A stretch of 63,537 nt of DNA, counting the filler, from Dicyema japonicum (Eukaryota; Animalia; Dicyemida), in assembly GCA_011109175.1 (NCBI GenBank). It is 9 parts of 9 records of this genome, joined end to end, with 100 filler letters (N's around TTAATTAATTAA, not from the genome) between each part and the next. Parts side by side here need not be neighbours in the genome. Positions count along the whole stretch, not along the records: positions 1 to 13,537 come from RDEW01000028.1; 8 more parts are not named here. The stretch is one strand, 5' to 3'. Position 1 is the stretch's first letter. The number at the start of each line of letters is the position of its first letter. The position numbers and the translations under genes were made by a program. Below, in pieces: positions 1-10,861 of the stretch. Below the pieces are notes generated by a model. That model was not told the origin of the DNA. It ran no database searches and saw only the letters and a list, made by a program, of their open reading frames with translations.

Positions 1-698
1 TGGAAATCATTTGGACTCCTACTGGAATCGCCCAATCAGCACCGACGCGCTTGTTTGCTTTCGGGGGCTTCCCCTGAGAGCGGAGCTTGGCTAAACGCCA
101 TCCCAAATGGAGCTCTGGGCATCTTTGTTGATAATGAATGCGTTAGAAGTGGTATCTCTTTGCGGCTGGGACTGAAAGTATGTGTACCTCACCCGTGCCG
201 ATGTGGCATCCTGATAGACTGCTATGGCCTGCAAGAAGAGCTCTGGCAGATCTCCAAGGCACAAGGCTCTGAATGAGATTGTCAAGCGGGTTATGGATGC
301 TGCTGGATACTCGGCCATTCTTAAACCGGTCGGGTTATGCAGAAGTGACGAGAAACGACCGGACGGGATGACCATATTTCCTTTTGAGCCCGAGAAACCA
401 CTTGTTTGGGACGTGACATGTACAGACACGTTCGCCCCGAACAATCTCTACGAGTGCGCTTCAAGGGCTTGCTCTGCAGCCGTAAAAGCGGAGAAGGACA
501 AACTCGAAAAATACGTCGACCTTCCCGATAATGTCAAATTTGTTCCCCTTGCTATGGAGTTTCGGACGTATCGGAAACCGGATCACCTCATGCACTGAAA
601 TTCTCCGTGAACGACGCTGGTTATTTGAGCGAATTTCGCTCGAAATTATGAGAGGGAACAGCCAGACAACGGTTGATAGTGCTTGTACTTACGGATAA
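1..698 (+). mobile_element. CRE-clade-like non-LTR retrotransposon, 3' part (zinc knuckle + restriction-like endonuclease), degenerate
   Basis: Translations give GAWLNAIP..RSGISLRLG..PHPCRCG..GRSPRHKALNEIVKR..KRPDGMTIFPF..LVWDVTCTDT and, after frameshifts, RRWLFERISLEIMRGNS..*. This is the C-terminal RLE signature (RPDG..WD.TC) of CRE-type elements. Confidence 0.85.
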
Positions 699-879
699 TT
701 CCATCTCCTCGAACAGCTTTATTTTCAACATATAAGACGAAATTAATCCTAGGCGTATAAGACACATTCATTGGTCTAGACTTCAAGAGTTCATCACTTA
801 GTCCATGTTCACGGTAACAGTAGAAGGACTTATATCCATTTTGAAGATAAGTAGACATTTCGTGAACCTTACTACTGAT

Positions 880-1030
880 AACCATTTGGTTAACAAAAGG
901 GTGAACCTAGAATGACGCGATGGCTTTTCCAGAAGATTGGGCTCGCGATTATGAGAGATAACTCCCATTCGTGCTCAAAACCTGTAGGTAATAATGGAGA
1001 CCGGTCATAACAACTATATTTAACAATATT
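880..1030 (+). mobile_element. CRE-like element, extreme 3' end (second subfamily)
   Basis: Reads GEPRMTRWLFQKIGLAIMRDNSH. The DNA aligns by eye with the reverse complement of 57835-57960, including the 3' UTR (agacc.gtcataacaact). Confidence 0.75.
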
Positions 1031-1132
1031 TGATGAAAAAGTTTTACTTGGTTAACTGATCTTATATTGTTTGTAAAATTATGAAATTGAATTATGTTAC
1101 TACGTAATATTCAAGTAATAATTAATATAAAG

Positions 1133-1335
1133 TAAGGCCGAGCCATCGGGAGCTGTTGGTCCAACAACGGCTGAGTTCTTGCGCGAACTCTGAGGAATGC
1201 TTGCCAGAAAGAAAAGGGATCAACGAGAAGGGTTATGGCGGAAACAAAAGATTGGAATGGTCATCCTCCGAGGAAACTCGTTCTCGATCCACGCAGCCGA
1301 ATTCCTCAACTAACATTTGTTTCTTTGTTAAATAA
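1133..1335 (+). mobile_element. CRE-like element, extreme 3' end (third subfamily)
   Basis: Reads LARKKRDQREGLWRKQKIGMVILRGNSFSIHAAEF*. The DNA closely matches 43325-43520. Confidence 0.8.
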
Positions 1336-2190
1336 TTGTCTTTAATTTGATAACAAAAAGTAAAGTCAGAAAAATAAAAACAGCAAGAAAGAATCTCATC
1401 ATATTGCACATTTAAACAAAATTTGGCTATCAAATAGCTCCAATTCATATAAAAATAAACAAATACAAAATTTAAAAATTTTGCTCCCATTGAAATTAGA
1501 AGACATTTATGTATTAATTCACGATTCGAATTATTCAAATTAATTTCACACTTTTTTAATAAAATAGGTTCAAAACACGAATACGTAACTATATTTGTAA
1601 TATTGCAACTTAGAATCTTGTTATTTATATTTCCACGAATGTCTCTTTGTTATTGTTATCCTAGTATTTTGGTAAATGTAATTTCTCAGTTCATTATTTT
1701 ATATTCATTAACAAACAAAAACGTATTAAATGTGGATGCCAATGAGTAATCCATATTTTGATTATTTTTATTATTTGTGAGAAAATAAGATTACGTACCG
1801 CAGCAATAAGAGAGAATCGATATTTATAGTTGTAAAACAGAAAATTCAAATCTGACTGGAACGTGATTGTAAAGCATTCGATTTTTTTTCAAAACATAAA
1901 TAAGCAACTATATTTTGGTTATATTGCATTACTCGATTCTAATTATTTTTTATTTTATGCTCTCGCTCCAACACCTCCTTTGTCTACAATATAATAGCAG
2001 CCTGATTGAATTGTTTTAAGAATATAAAACCTGCAAACTTAATCGATCCACTTTTGGGATCCTTTTTGTGCAACACGTATTATCTCAATTTTACTTTTCA
2101 CGAAAACAGTACTTTTTCTCCGTCGTTGAGAATGAGTTAATATAGACGATTTTTACTAATGCAAAAATAGACGATGCAATATCATGGTGC

Positions 2191-2382
2191 AACTTATATC
2201 ATTATCCTTGCCTACTAATCATTTATGTGATGATCAATTATTATTTTTTTCTTAACTCACTTCGCGAAATTATCCGCTACTTTTTGAACTTATATCATTA
2301 TCCTTGCCTACTAATCATTTATGTGATGATCAATTATTATTTTTTTCTTAACTCACTTCGCGAAATTATCCGCTACTTTTTG
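2191..2382. repeat. Exact 96-bp tandem duplication
   Basis: 2191-2286 is repeated at 2287-2382. Confidence 0.9.
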
Positions 2383-2419
2383 TATTTCTACGTCCGAGAC
2401 TGTCTTCATTTCTTTCTAA

Positions 2420-3340
2420 AATAGAACTATTCAAGAAAATTTGAAACAAACACGGGAACTTCACAAGGAGACTCCCTTTCTCCTCTACTATTCACGATTT
2501 ACCTGGAAGCTGTTATGAGGGAACTTAGATCGTTATACCAAGGAAAGGCGGAAGAAGTGATCTACGCGGACGATGTAGACCTAATTTCTGAAGACAAAGA
2601 AGTTCTGGAACACCTATTCGAAAAAGCACCAGATGTACTAGGGAAATGGTTTCTTACTGTGAACAGAGAGATAACATAACTCACAGAAATAAGAAGGATG
2701 AGTAACATCCTAGAAGAGAAGTAAAGAAACTCGGTTCATCAATGGGAGTAGCGAAGATAATTTACGTATGAAAACTCTAGCCAATGATGCGTTATATAAA
2801 CTGAAGAATCTATAGCTCAATCAAAGAGGTATCGAAAATGAGAATCCTATTAAACGACTCATTCATAAAATCCGTACTTTTATATAACGCTGGAACTTGT
2901 GAGACCTCATCAGCGGATATGAAAAAACTAGACTCGTTCCACAGAGGTCAGCTGAGAAAAATAACAGGAACTACTTGGCCTACGAGAATATCTAGGAATG
3001 CTTTATATAAGAGATGCAGCACTAGACCTATCAGATTATAAGTACTGGAATCCCGATGGAAGCTCTTCGGACACGTGCTGAGGATGAAATTAACATCCCC
3101 ATCGAACATATCTATGGAAACATGCTATGTTAGTCAAGAAGGCCGCTATCGTGGAAGACCTAAAACAACACTGCCAATAGTTTTACAAAAAGACCTGGTC
3201 ATATTAAAAGAAATTTAAAAACTGCCGACGATCTTGACACTATGAGAGCCTTTGCTAGGAACAGGGAGCATGGAAAAGTATGACATCTGACATTATTTCT
3301 GTTGCTTCACATGCGGGGCTCTCGTGAAGTGCTTAAATAA
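2420..3340 (+). mobile_element. RTE-like LINE, 5'-truncated RT and C-terminal relic
   Basis: Reads TGTSQGDSLSPLLFTIYLEAVMREL..IYADDVDL..LLYNAGT..LDSFHRGQLRKI..RWKLFGHVLRM..RGRPKTTLPIVL, with several stops and frameshifts. Confidence 0.85.
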
Positions 3341-4031
3341 TAATTACTATTTAGCAGAGATTTTAATCCCCCACGTGTCACTTTTTTAAAACAGCTTTTG
3401 TTTCGCCACTAACATAAGCTTCTAAATGATTAGTTTTTGTTTCTCCACTTTTATTAAGCTGGTCAAATTTCCTGTTGTAGAGTATTGAGGGGAAAAACAA
3501 TATACTAATTTGAAATTACAGCAGTGACACTATTCCATTGAAATAGAATCAAATAACACATTCGTACGTCATTCCAAAACAGATTTCCTTAAGATAAAGG
3601 ATTATGGTTGATTAAAGCTAATTTAAACGGTATGACAAGTCTAATGGATTGTGTGTGGATTTAAGTTAGTTTAGTTAATACACGTCCTCGTTGCCAGTAA
3701 ACAGTTTATGGTTTTGCTTGTGCCATGTTTTCGCCTATTTTTGTCGCTGGTCGACTTGCTCGCCTACTGATTTCGTCCAGATCATCTGCATCCATCAATC
3801 GGCTCCCAATCACAACATAACCTCCACAAGTGTCCTGGGAAGACAACCTCGGCGTGGATTTAAAGACTATCAATATTTAGTAAAAATTCTATGTATTGTC
3901 TAGAATCTAAAAAATAGTGTTTTGAATAGTATAAATATATAAATAATTAATAAATATATTTAATTAAAATAAATAATATTGGTTAACCAGAAAAGTAATA
4001 AAATGGTATAAACTAAACATAATTATATATT

Positions 4032-6674
4032 ATGACATCATACAACGAAGATTGGTTAATCCAAATATTAGAGGAGTACAAAATAAGCAAGAATGCCACC
4101 TGTGAGGAAATTGTGAAAGCCCTTCAGGAAAATCTGAATGAAATAAAAAAGAAGCTGACGTCTGAATACAGCACAAATGAAAAGAGTGATGGTATTTTTG
4201 GGCTGAAAAAGTCCCTTAAAAGGAGAAATAATGTAATTGAGCAATTAAAATATGAAATGGACAAAATAGATGATTACATAATAATAATCGAGGGAAGACT
4301 GGAAGTTGATTTGTGCATTAAACGTACATTACAGTCTGATCTGGTAGAGCATAGGGGGAAAAACATAATGCAGCTCATCGAAGACCATAGTCAGAGAATC
4401 AGCAATCGTTTGAAGTCACAACTGAAAGTATCAATATAATAATTTCAGGCAAAAGAAGGACTACTGAACATGTTTGATCATCTTAAGGACAAAAAATCAC
4501 AGGAAGAGATGAAACAACTGTTAGAAAATGTGACCTCAAAAATTGAAGTGCTCAGAATCCAAAAGAAGATATTGGAGAACCACATGGGTTGAGATGGGCC
4601 ATAACTAAAGACAGTCAGGATCTCCTAAACAAGGATGAATACAGGTTTTACGTGCTCAGTCATCACCTCCGCATCGAAGAGAGAATCTTCACAGGGGCTA
4701 CTCGAGCTCTTGAGGTTATCAAAAACTCAAATAAAAAAAGTCTTGATATTGTAACCTGTCTGTTTTATTAGAGGTTAATGATAGTCTAAAAAAATGTGCT
4801 CAGAAACTCAACTTATTGAAGATATCTGTTAATAAACTGAAACTCAAGATAAATTGTGACGAACATGTTAACTTTGAAAACCTATTCAGTAAGGCATTCC
4901 GATTAACGGGGACACTTTTCATAAAGTTCACGTTTTAATGACTTTCAGCATTAAAAGAGTCTACTGTTTGCTAAGTTGTTCATTTTGTCAAGAGCTAATT
5001 CTGAAGTCATCAGGAGTTCAGTCTTCTAAGCTTACCCCTAAGAAGGAAACCAAACCAAGTCATGAGTTATTTGAGTTTAGAATCAGTCCACGTGGCTTTG
5101 TGGGTTGATGGAAAAGAGGTAGGTCGTACACCCTCAGTAATCCCGTCAGAATCATGTTTTAATGAGAAAATCCAAATACGTGTCAATAATGTATGATCAC
5201 TTTTCATGTAAGGCTAGGGAGATTGAGTTACAAGTGTGCTACACAGAAGCGGATGTAACGTGTGGACTTGTCTACATGCCACTGGAGAACTTTATTAATG
5301 AGAAGATTACAAAGGTACCTCATCTAGAGCCTCGGGGGAATATAGAAGCCAATGTCTGTTTCTGTTTTAGTCGCAGATTCGGTTTTTAAACCCTCTTCTG
5401 TCCAAAAAGTGCAACTTGGACAGGAAAAAGGCGATTCGAAAGGGACTGAGATTGAGAGGACCATTTGGAGTCAGCTTTCAGCTTAAAGACGAACAGAATC
5501 GTAAAAGTGATTCATTCCCGAAGGACTCAAGAAGTAGTGAAGTTCTAACCATGGACAATTACACAATAACTGCTCTATTGGGGAAGGGTAGTTTCGGAAA
5601 AGTATTGGTGTTGTTTATGGAGGTGTTTCTGTGTTGTGAAAAGTCAAGTGATAAACTATATGCCATGAAATGCCAGAAAAAAAAAGATTTCCTCGCCAAA
5701 AATGATATTGATACCCTCAGATCTGAGTTGAGTGTGTTGAGGATGGGACGAAACAACCAATTTATAATACATTTGTACTCTTCCTTTCACACACTGGTGT
5801 ATGCCTGGGGTTAACTTAGAACCACGTGTTCTTCATGTTGGAGTTTGCTTCAGGAGGGGACTTGATGACACTCATTCAATGCAAGAGGTTCTCATACAGA
5901 CAAACACAGTTTTATATAACCTGTGTTTGCCTGGGACTTAAATTTTTGCACGAAAACGATGTGATGTACAGGTTTCCGTGGTTTTCTCATTTCAGAGATT
6001 TAAAACTCGACAATTTAATGTTATGTGAGGACGGTTACGTTAAGATCACCGACTTTGGACTGTGTAAAATCAACATCCCCTATGGAGTCTATACTTCCAC
6101 TTTCTGTGGGACTCCTGAATTTATTGCCCCCGAGATGTTAAATAGGATTAGTTACTCCCGTTCGGTAGATTGGTGGCAGATTGGAGTTCTCTTGTTCGAA
6201 ATGACAATAAAAGAGGTAGTCCTCATGGTTAGTATAGCCTCCATTTTTGGGAGATGACGACGAGGAAACATTCCATGCCATTCTAAATGATCCTCTGATA
6301 ATCCCCGACAATACGGAAAAAAACGTGCAGGACCTTATCATCAAACTGTTGAGGAAACAGCCATCGACTCGTCTGGGGAACTCTCAGGAGGACGCTAAAG
6401 ATGTTTTAAGACATCCGTACTTTGAGGTGATTATTATCCGATCATGCTAGTCCATAAATATTGAGACTATCATTAGCAAGGAGTTCAGACCTCCCTTCAT
6501 CCCGATAAAAGTTTATTTGTGAATTTTATGTTGCAGAATTCTATATCAAACATCTCCAACTTTGATAAAGTGTTCACCTCCGTGAAACCCACACTATCGA
6601 TCCCCCCAGGAAAACTGAGTGAAGAAGATCAGAGCCTGTTCGAAGAGTTCAACCTTGATTCCCTATTAACTTAA
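4032..6674 (+). CDS. PKN: Protein kinase N (PKN/PRK; 3 HR1 repeats, C2-like domain, AGC kinase), about 781 aa, 14 exons
   Basis: Splicing 13 GT-AG introns (4428-4448, 4588-4610, 4751-4773, 4926-4948, 5059-5080, 5191-5212, 5354-5376, 5602-5622, 5797-5819, 5972-5995, 6216-6237, 6427-6450, 6511-6536) gives one open frame ending at TAA 6672-6674. Motifs: HR1 (QLKAKEGLLNM; HHLRIEERIFTGA), C2 (AREIEL..LEPRG..FLNP), GKGSFGKV, YRDLKLDN, DFG, TSTFCGTPEF, NFD tail. The intron 3 boundary is ambiguous. Confidence 0.9.
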
Positions 6675-6736
6675 TTTATTCCCCAAGAATAACTTAAAAA
6701 TAATATCTTTGTTATTGTGAGTAATGTGAGCATTAT

Positions 6737-7559
6737 TTAATCACGTGTCTCAAACACTAATGGAGCTATGTAAGGGGAATGACGGATTCCAAAGCTGAAT
6801 TCTGGGGCTGCAGTCTTAACAGTATTTAACTATAAAAATAATATATTACTACTTTGTTTGGATAGTAGGTTGAGGGGCTTGGTATCTGGGTGGCATCCAT
6901 TGGGGGGAGGTTACGACTTATTAAACTATATACAGGTGCCTTCCGTTTGTAAATATTACTATCCGTTGAATTGTATGTCCCTGGTCCAGGACTCTAAACA
7001 TGCCAATTCAAGTTACTCTATGTTGGCTGTTGTCTCCCGTTATTCTTGATCCCAATGAGTAGCATGGAGCTTGTTTATACTTACTTTCGAAGCATTTTCC
7101 AAGGACAGAATTCAGTTTGTATGAATTTGAAGCTAAATTAACTTGTATAGTCAAACCCGGGTTAGAATTCCCTTTCCTATCCATTTTCCTGATCCCAAAT
7201 GAGTGAGCTGGAGATTTGTGGTACAAAATGTTGTTTATTTCAAAGGAATAGGCATTTGGTGCCGGAGTCTTATAAAGGGTCAAATCCTTCATTCGCGAAT
7301 ATAGCGAAAATTTAAATCCCTCTTTCTTTCCCATATTTGTAACTTCAGGTTTAGGGTAATAGCAGGGGCCAGGACTGTACACTGAGTCACATTTTTTCGT
7401 TCTCTCCCCGAAACTGTAGCAAGGCCCCTTTGAGTAGTTACTTCTTATGTCATGTTTGGTGGAACCGATTAGGGAAGGTAATTGATATTTTGGTCCCGGA
7501 CTGGGATACATAGCAGCAATAGGGCCACGGGGCACAGTTGTGTGATAACTTTCCGCCAT
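6737..7559 (-). CDS. ODF3: Outer dense fiber protein 3 / SHIPPO1 (CIMAP1) family, sperm-tail PG-rich repeat ciliary protein, 4 exons
   Basis: Reads PRGPIAAMYPSPGPKY, repeated SPGP..Y / P.YS motifs, and C-terminal APEFSFGIRHSPYIAPLV. Introns at 7133-7156, 6994-7016 and 6830-6852 restore the frame to TAA at 6737-6739. Confidence 0.9.
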
Positions 7560-8544
7560 TTAATAAACTCATTATATGATTATTTATATGTTCTTTAATG
7601 TCATAGAAACAGCAGTTGATAATAACCACGATTATGCAATTTTTGTTAATTTAATCTCAATGTTCGATCAATTATTGACCTTCTCAAGTTTACATCATAA
7701 ATCATGGCTTTTACTTCCCCACTCTATTTACTAGGCTTAATCTCTGCCAAGTCCATTCTCGCCTTTATTCGTAAAGAGTAAGTTGACTCAATAGATTTAC
7801 TAATGTGACGTATAATCGAACATCTCTATTCCCAATCATATATATTTAAGATAATCTCCGCGAGAGATTACAAGGAAATATAACATTAGTTAAGCATTAC
7901 AATCGATTAATTTTGTTATTATTAAGGACATGTAGATTCCAGATTATCCTACAAGTCCTCTTTTATCATGCACAAGGACCTGGAACTTGGGACCACATTA
8001 CGTTTCCTTTGTTCAGAACTTTGAGTATTCAATGTCTCCTGAATCCGTCACCTCGTCCATGCTTATAGGAAAAAAATAACTTCTATCCGTCGAGAAGGTA
8101 AATAGACATTCAGTGCATTAGAGGTACGTTACCACCTCAACCGCCTGGCCACTTAGTTTGTATCATTTATAAAGATGACTACGTGAAACTTGAAAATTTT
8201 TATTTCAATAATTTTATACTAGAAAACTAATTAACATCTAATTAGGAGTAAACAAAGCTTAACATCTTCTTTTGGCTCCAGGATTGGTCATTTCCCAAGA
8301 TCTTTTTCTTCGATCACTCGTCTCTGGCTTATTGTTCGACTTTTCAAGCACGTTATCAGTCTCAGTGGGGATCATTTCATAGTCCTCGGTTTTATCAGAA
8401 ATATTATGAGGATATGTATTCTCATTCAAAGCTTTGTCATTAAATTTCCATTTCTCCGTCTCATGATCAGGAAAATATAAATCATCTGGAAAATTTTCGT
8501 TATCTTGAGTTTTAATTCCATGTTTATAGTCAACACAAATATTT

Positions 8545-9620
8545 TTTTAATTTTTTAGTGTAATGGTCTTTTGTAATATTTGGTGACGATTCCATCCCAG
8601 GTTAAAACAACGGGGATAATTGTAACTTTCGCTTCGTGCAATAAAGCCAGTTCGCTTGCTAAAAGATCATACTTGTGGAATTTTTTAATTTCAACATTTT
8701 TCAAATTTTGTTGTGAAGTGAGTCCAACTTCAATTAGTGTTATCTTTCTCCTTAATTTGTCCATTACGAAAATGTCTGGTTTATTGTTCATAATCTTTGT
8801 ATCAGTAGTTATAGTTGAGTCAACTCTGATCTCAACAGCTTCATTAGCCACTACAGATTGGACCGAATGGTTCTTCAATTTCTTCGACTGGTTGATTCCG
8901 AATTGGCGACACAGATGCAGATGAATACATTTTATTACTTCATTGTGTCTCTTCAAATAATCACTGTTAAGCATTCGTCCGCATCTGGTTGCCAGATGAT
9001 CAACTGATTTCTTTGCAGAGTGGCAGTGACTGCAACTTGCTCCACCAGTTTCAAAAAACAAATTACGGTCTTGAACCAAACACAATGTTCCTTCCGAGCG
9101 TGGAGAATTGTTCCCGTGCATTAACCATGTGGAGAATTCCGTAATGTCCGTATCTGTTTCTTGGAAGCATTCAAAGAGAGTTGAATGCAAAGACTTCCTT
9201 TTTATTTGTTCAATTAGGTATTCATTTTGTAATCCTATAATTTTAACATTTAGGCTCTCTGGTTGTTTGTTCCATTTGTAATAATTTTAACCGAGTTAGG
9301 AATTCTATGATTGTGACCATATGTGTTTTTTTATTTAATGACCAGTAGAATTCCTGCTTTTTTTGAACACCAATAGGATTTTTTTTCCAGATCCCTGAGA
9401 AACTGAAAAAGCATACGTTCGCTCTTATGGGTTATAGAGACCAATCCTCTTCCTAGTCTGTTCCTTGGCATATAAAGTATTTCTTTATTAGAAGGTTTCA
9501 GATGAATTCGATGACTTGTAAGTATCCCGCGTATTTTTTTTATCAATGTTCTCGAATTCGTTCTGGAAGTAAGATCTATGTCTGTCCCAAAAAACACACA
9601 TGTTATTCCAGTGGCCATGG
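8545..9620 (-). mobile_element. R4-like (RLE-clade) non-LTR retrotransposon, 3' part: RT thumb, CCHC knuckle, RLE endonuclease
   Basis: Reads HLKPSNKEILYMPRNRLGRGL; C-x2-C..HLATRC..RHNE..KPDIFVMD..LIEVG..KYDLLA. An A-rich tail follows near 8545. Confidence 0.88.
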
Positions 9621-9699
9621 ATGGCTTTAATCAAAGAAAGAAATCGTCCTAAAAGTGAGGGGATACTTTTACCTGAAGTGAGCCTCCGCTAAGGAATTC

Positions 9700-10560
9700 A
9701 AAATACAGAGAACAAAACGGACACGTGTTTTAAGGCGTTAAACCACAATCAGTAGACAGCGGAAGTCTGGAAAATAATTCGTAACATTGTGAGGACAGGA
9801 AAAGCCATCCGAAGACGACGACAACAACCAACCTTGGCAAAATACTAAAAGCTCACACAAAGACTACATAAAAGTGGACACACCCACTAAGAAAACCGTA
9901 AACGGATGTCATCTTAATTTTCTGAATAAAAAGTGAAAAGTTAATACATTTAATCCTATCATACTCTTAACAAATCTGGTCAGATCTATGCACAGTATGT
10001 ATATGTAAAGCCTTCTACTCCCATGAAATATCTTACTTGGAAAATATTTCAGATGGACATTCCTCCAAACTTTAAACTCTAGTCTGTAAACTTTCTTAGT
10101 GACAGGAGGGGGTGAGTCTGCCTTGGGAACATTCGATCAGTCTCTCGACTATTTCCTAATGAAGTACCAGGGTTCACCACTTTCCAAGCTACTATTCGAA
10201 TTATTCTTGGCTGATATTCGGATACAGAATAGAGAAAACAATATTCTCTCAGCTTATGCAGACGAAATCGTTTTAACATCTTGCGATCAAAATGAAAAAA
10301 ATCCTAGGAGTGATGTGTTTCTCGTGGCATGTTAGAAATATGCTAAACAAATATAAAAAATCAACGGAGCTATAAAAAACGGGAAACCATCCCGTACTAA
10401 AAACGCTCTCAATGCATTTCCTATGATGTTTCTTTACTCTCAATGCATTGGGTCTTGGATCTCTTGGAATAATCAGAAAATCAGTATTACACAGAAAGGG
10501 CATTTGGGGTGACAGAGAAGTACTCTACGAACCAAAAGAACATGATGCCGATACCTTTGA
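9700..10560 (+). mobile_element. Degenerate LINE reverse transcriptase relic
   Basis: Reads NFLSDRR..QGSPLSKLLFELFLADI..AYADEIVL (RT core QG..LS and YADD-like motifs), broken by stops. Confidence 0.6.
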
Positions 10561-10861
10561 AGATCCTAATCCGAAGGAATAGTGGAGGAGGCCTGATCTA
10601 ACGTGATCAGGAGAAACCCCAATCCAAATTTGTCGGGATCACTTTGTTTTTTTCGGTTTAACTGTAAAGATTTTACAATCATTGTTTTCCCTTATTGCTT
10701 TAAAAATTCATGAATCTTTTCTCAGGGAATGTAGCACTATTGATTTATAAAATCATTGAGGTCTCTCGGGGATCTCAGGAGATCTTTCAAGAAACGCCGA
10801 AAACACGATTCAAAAAATGAAGATTTGAATTTATTATGCTATTAAATTATTAGTTTGTTAA

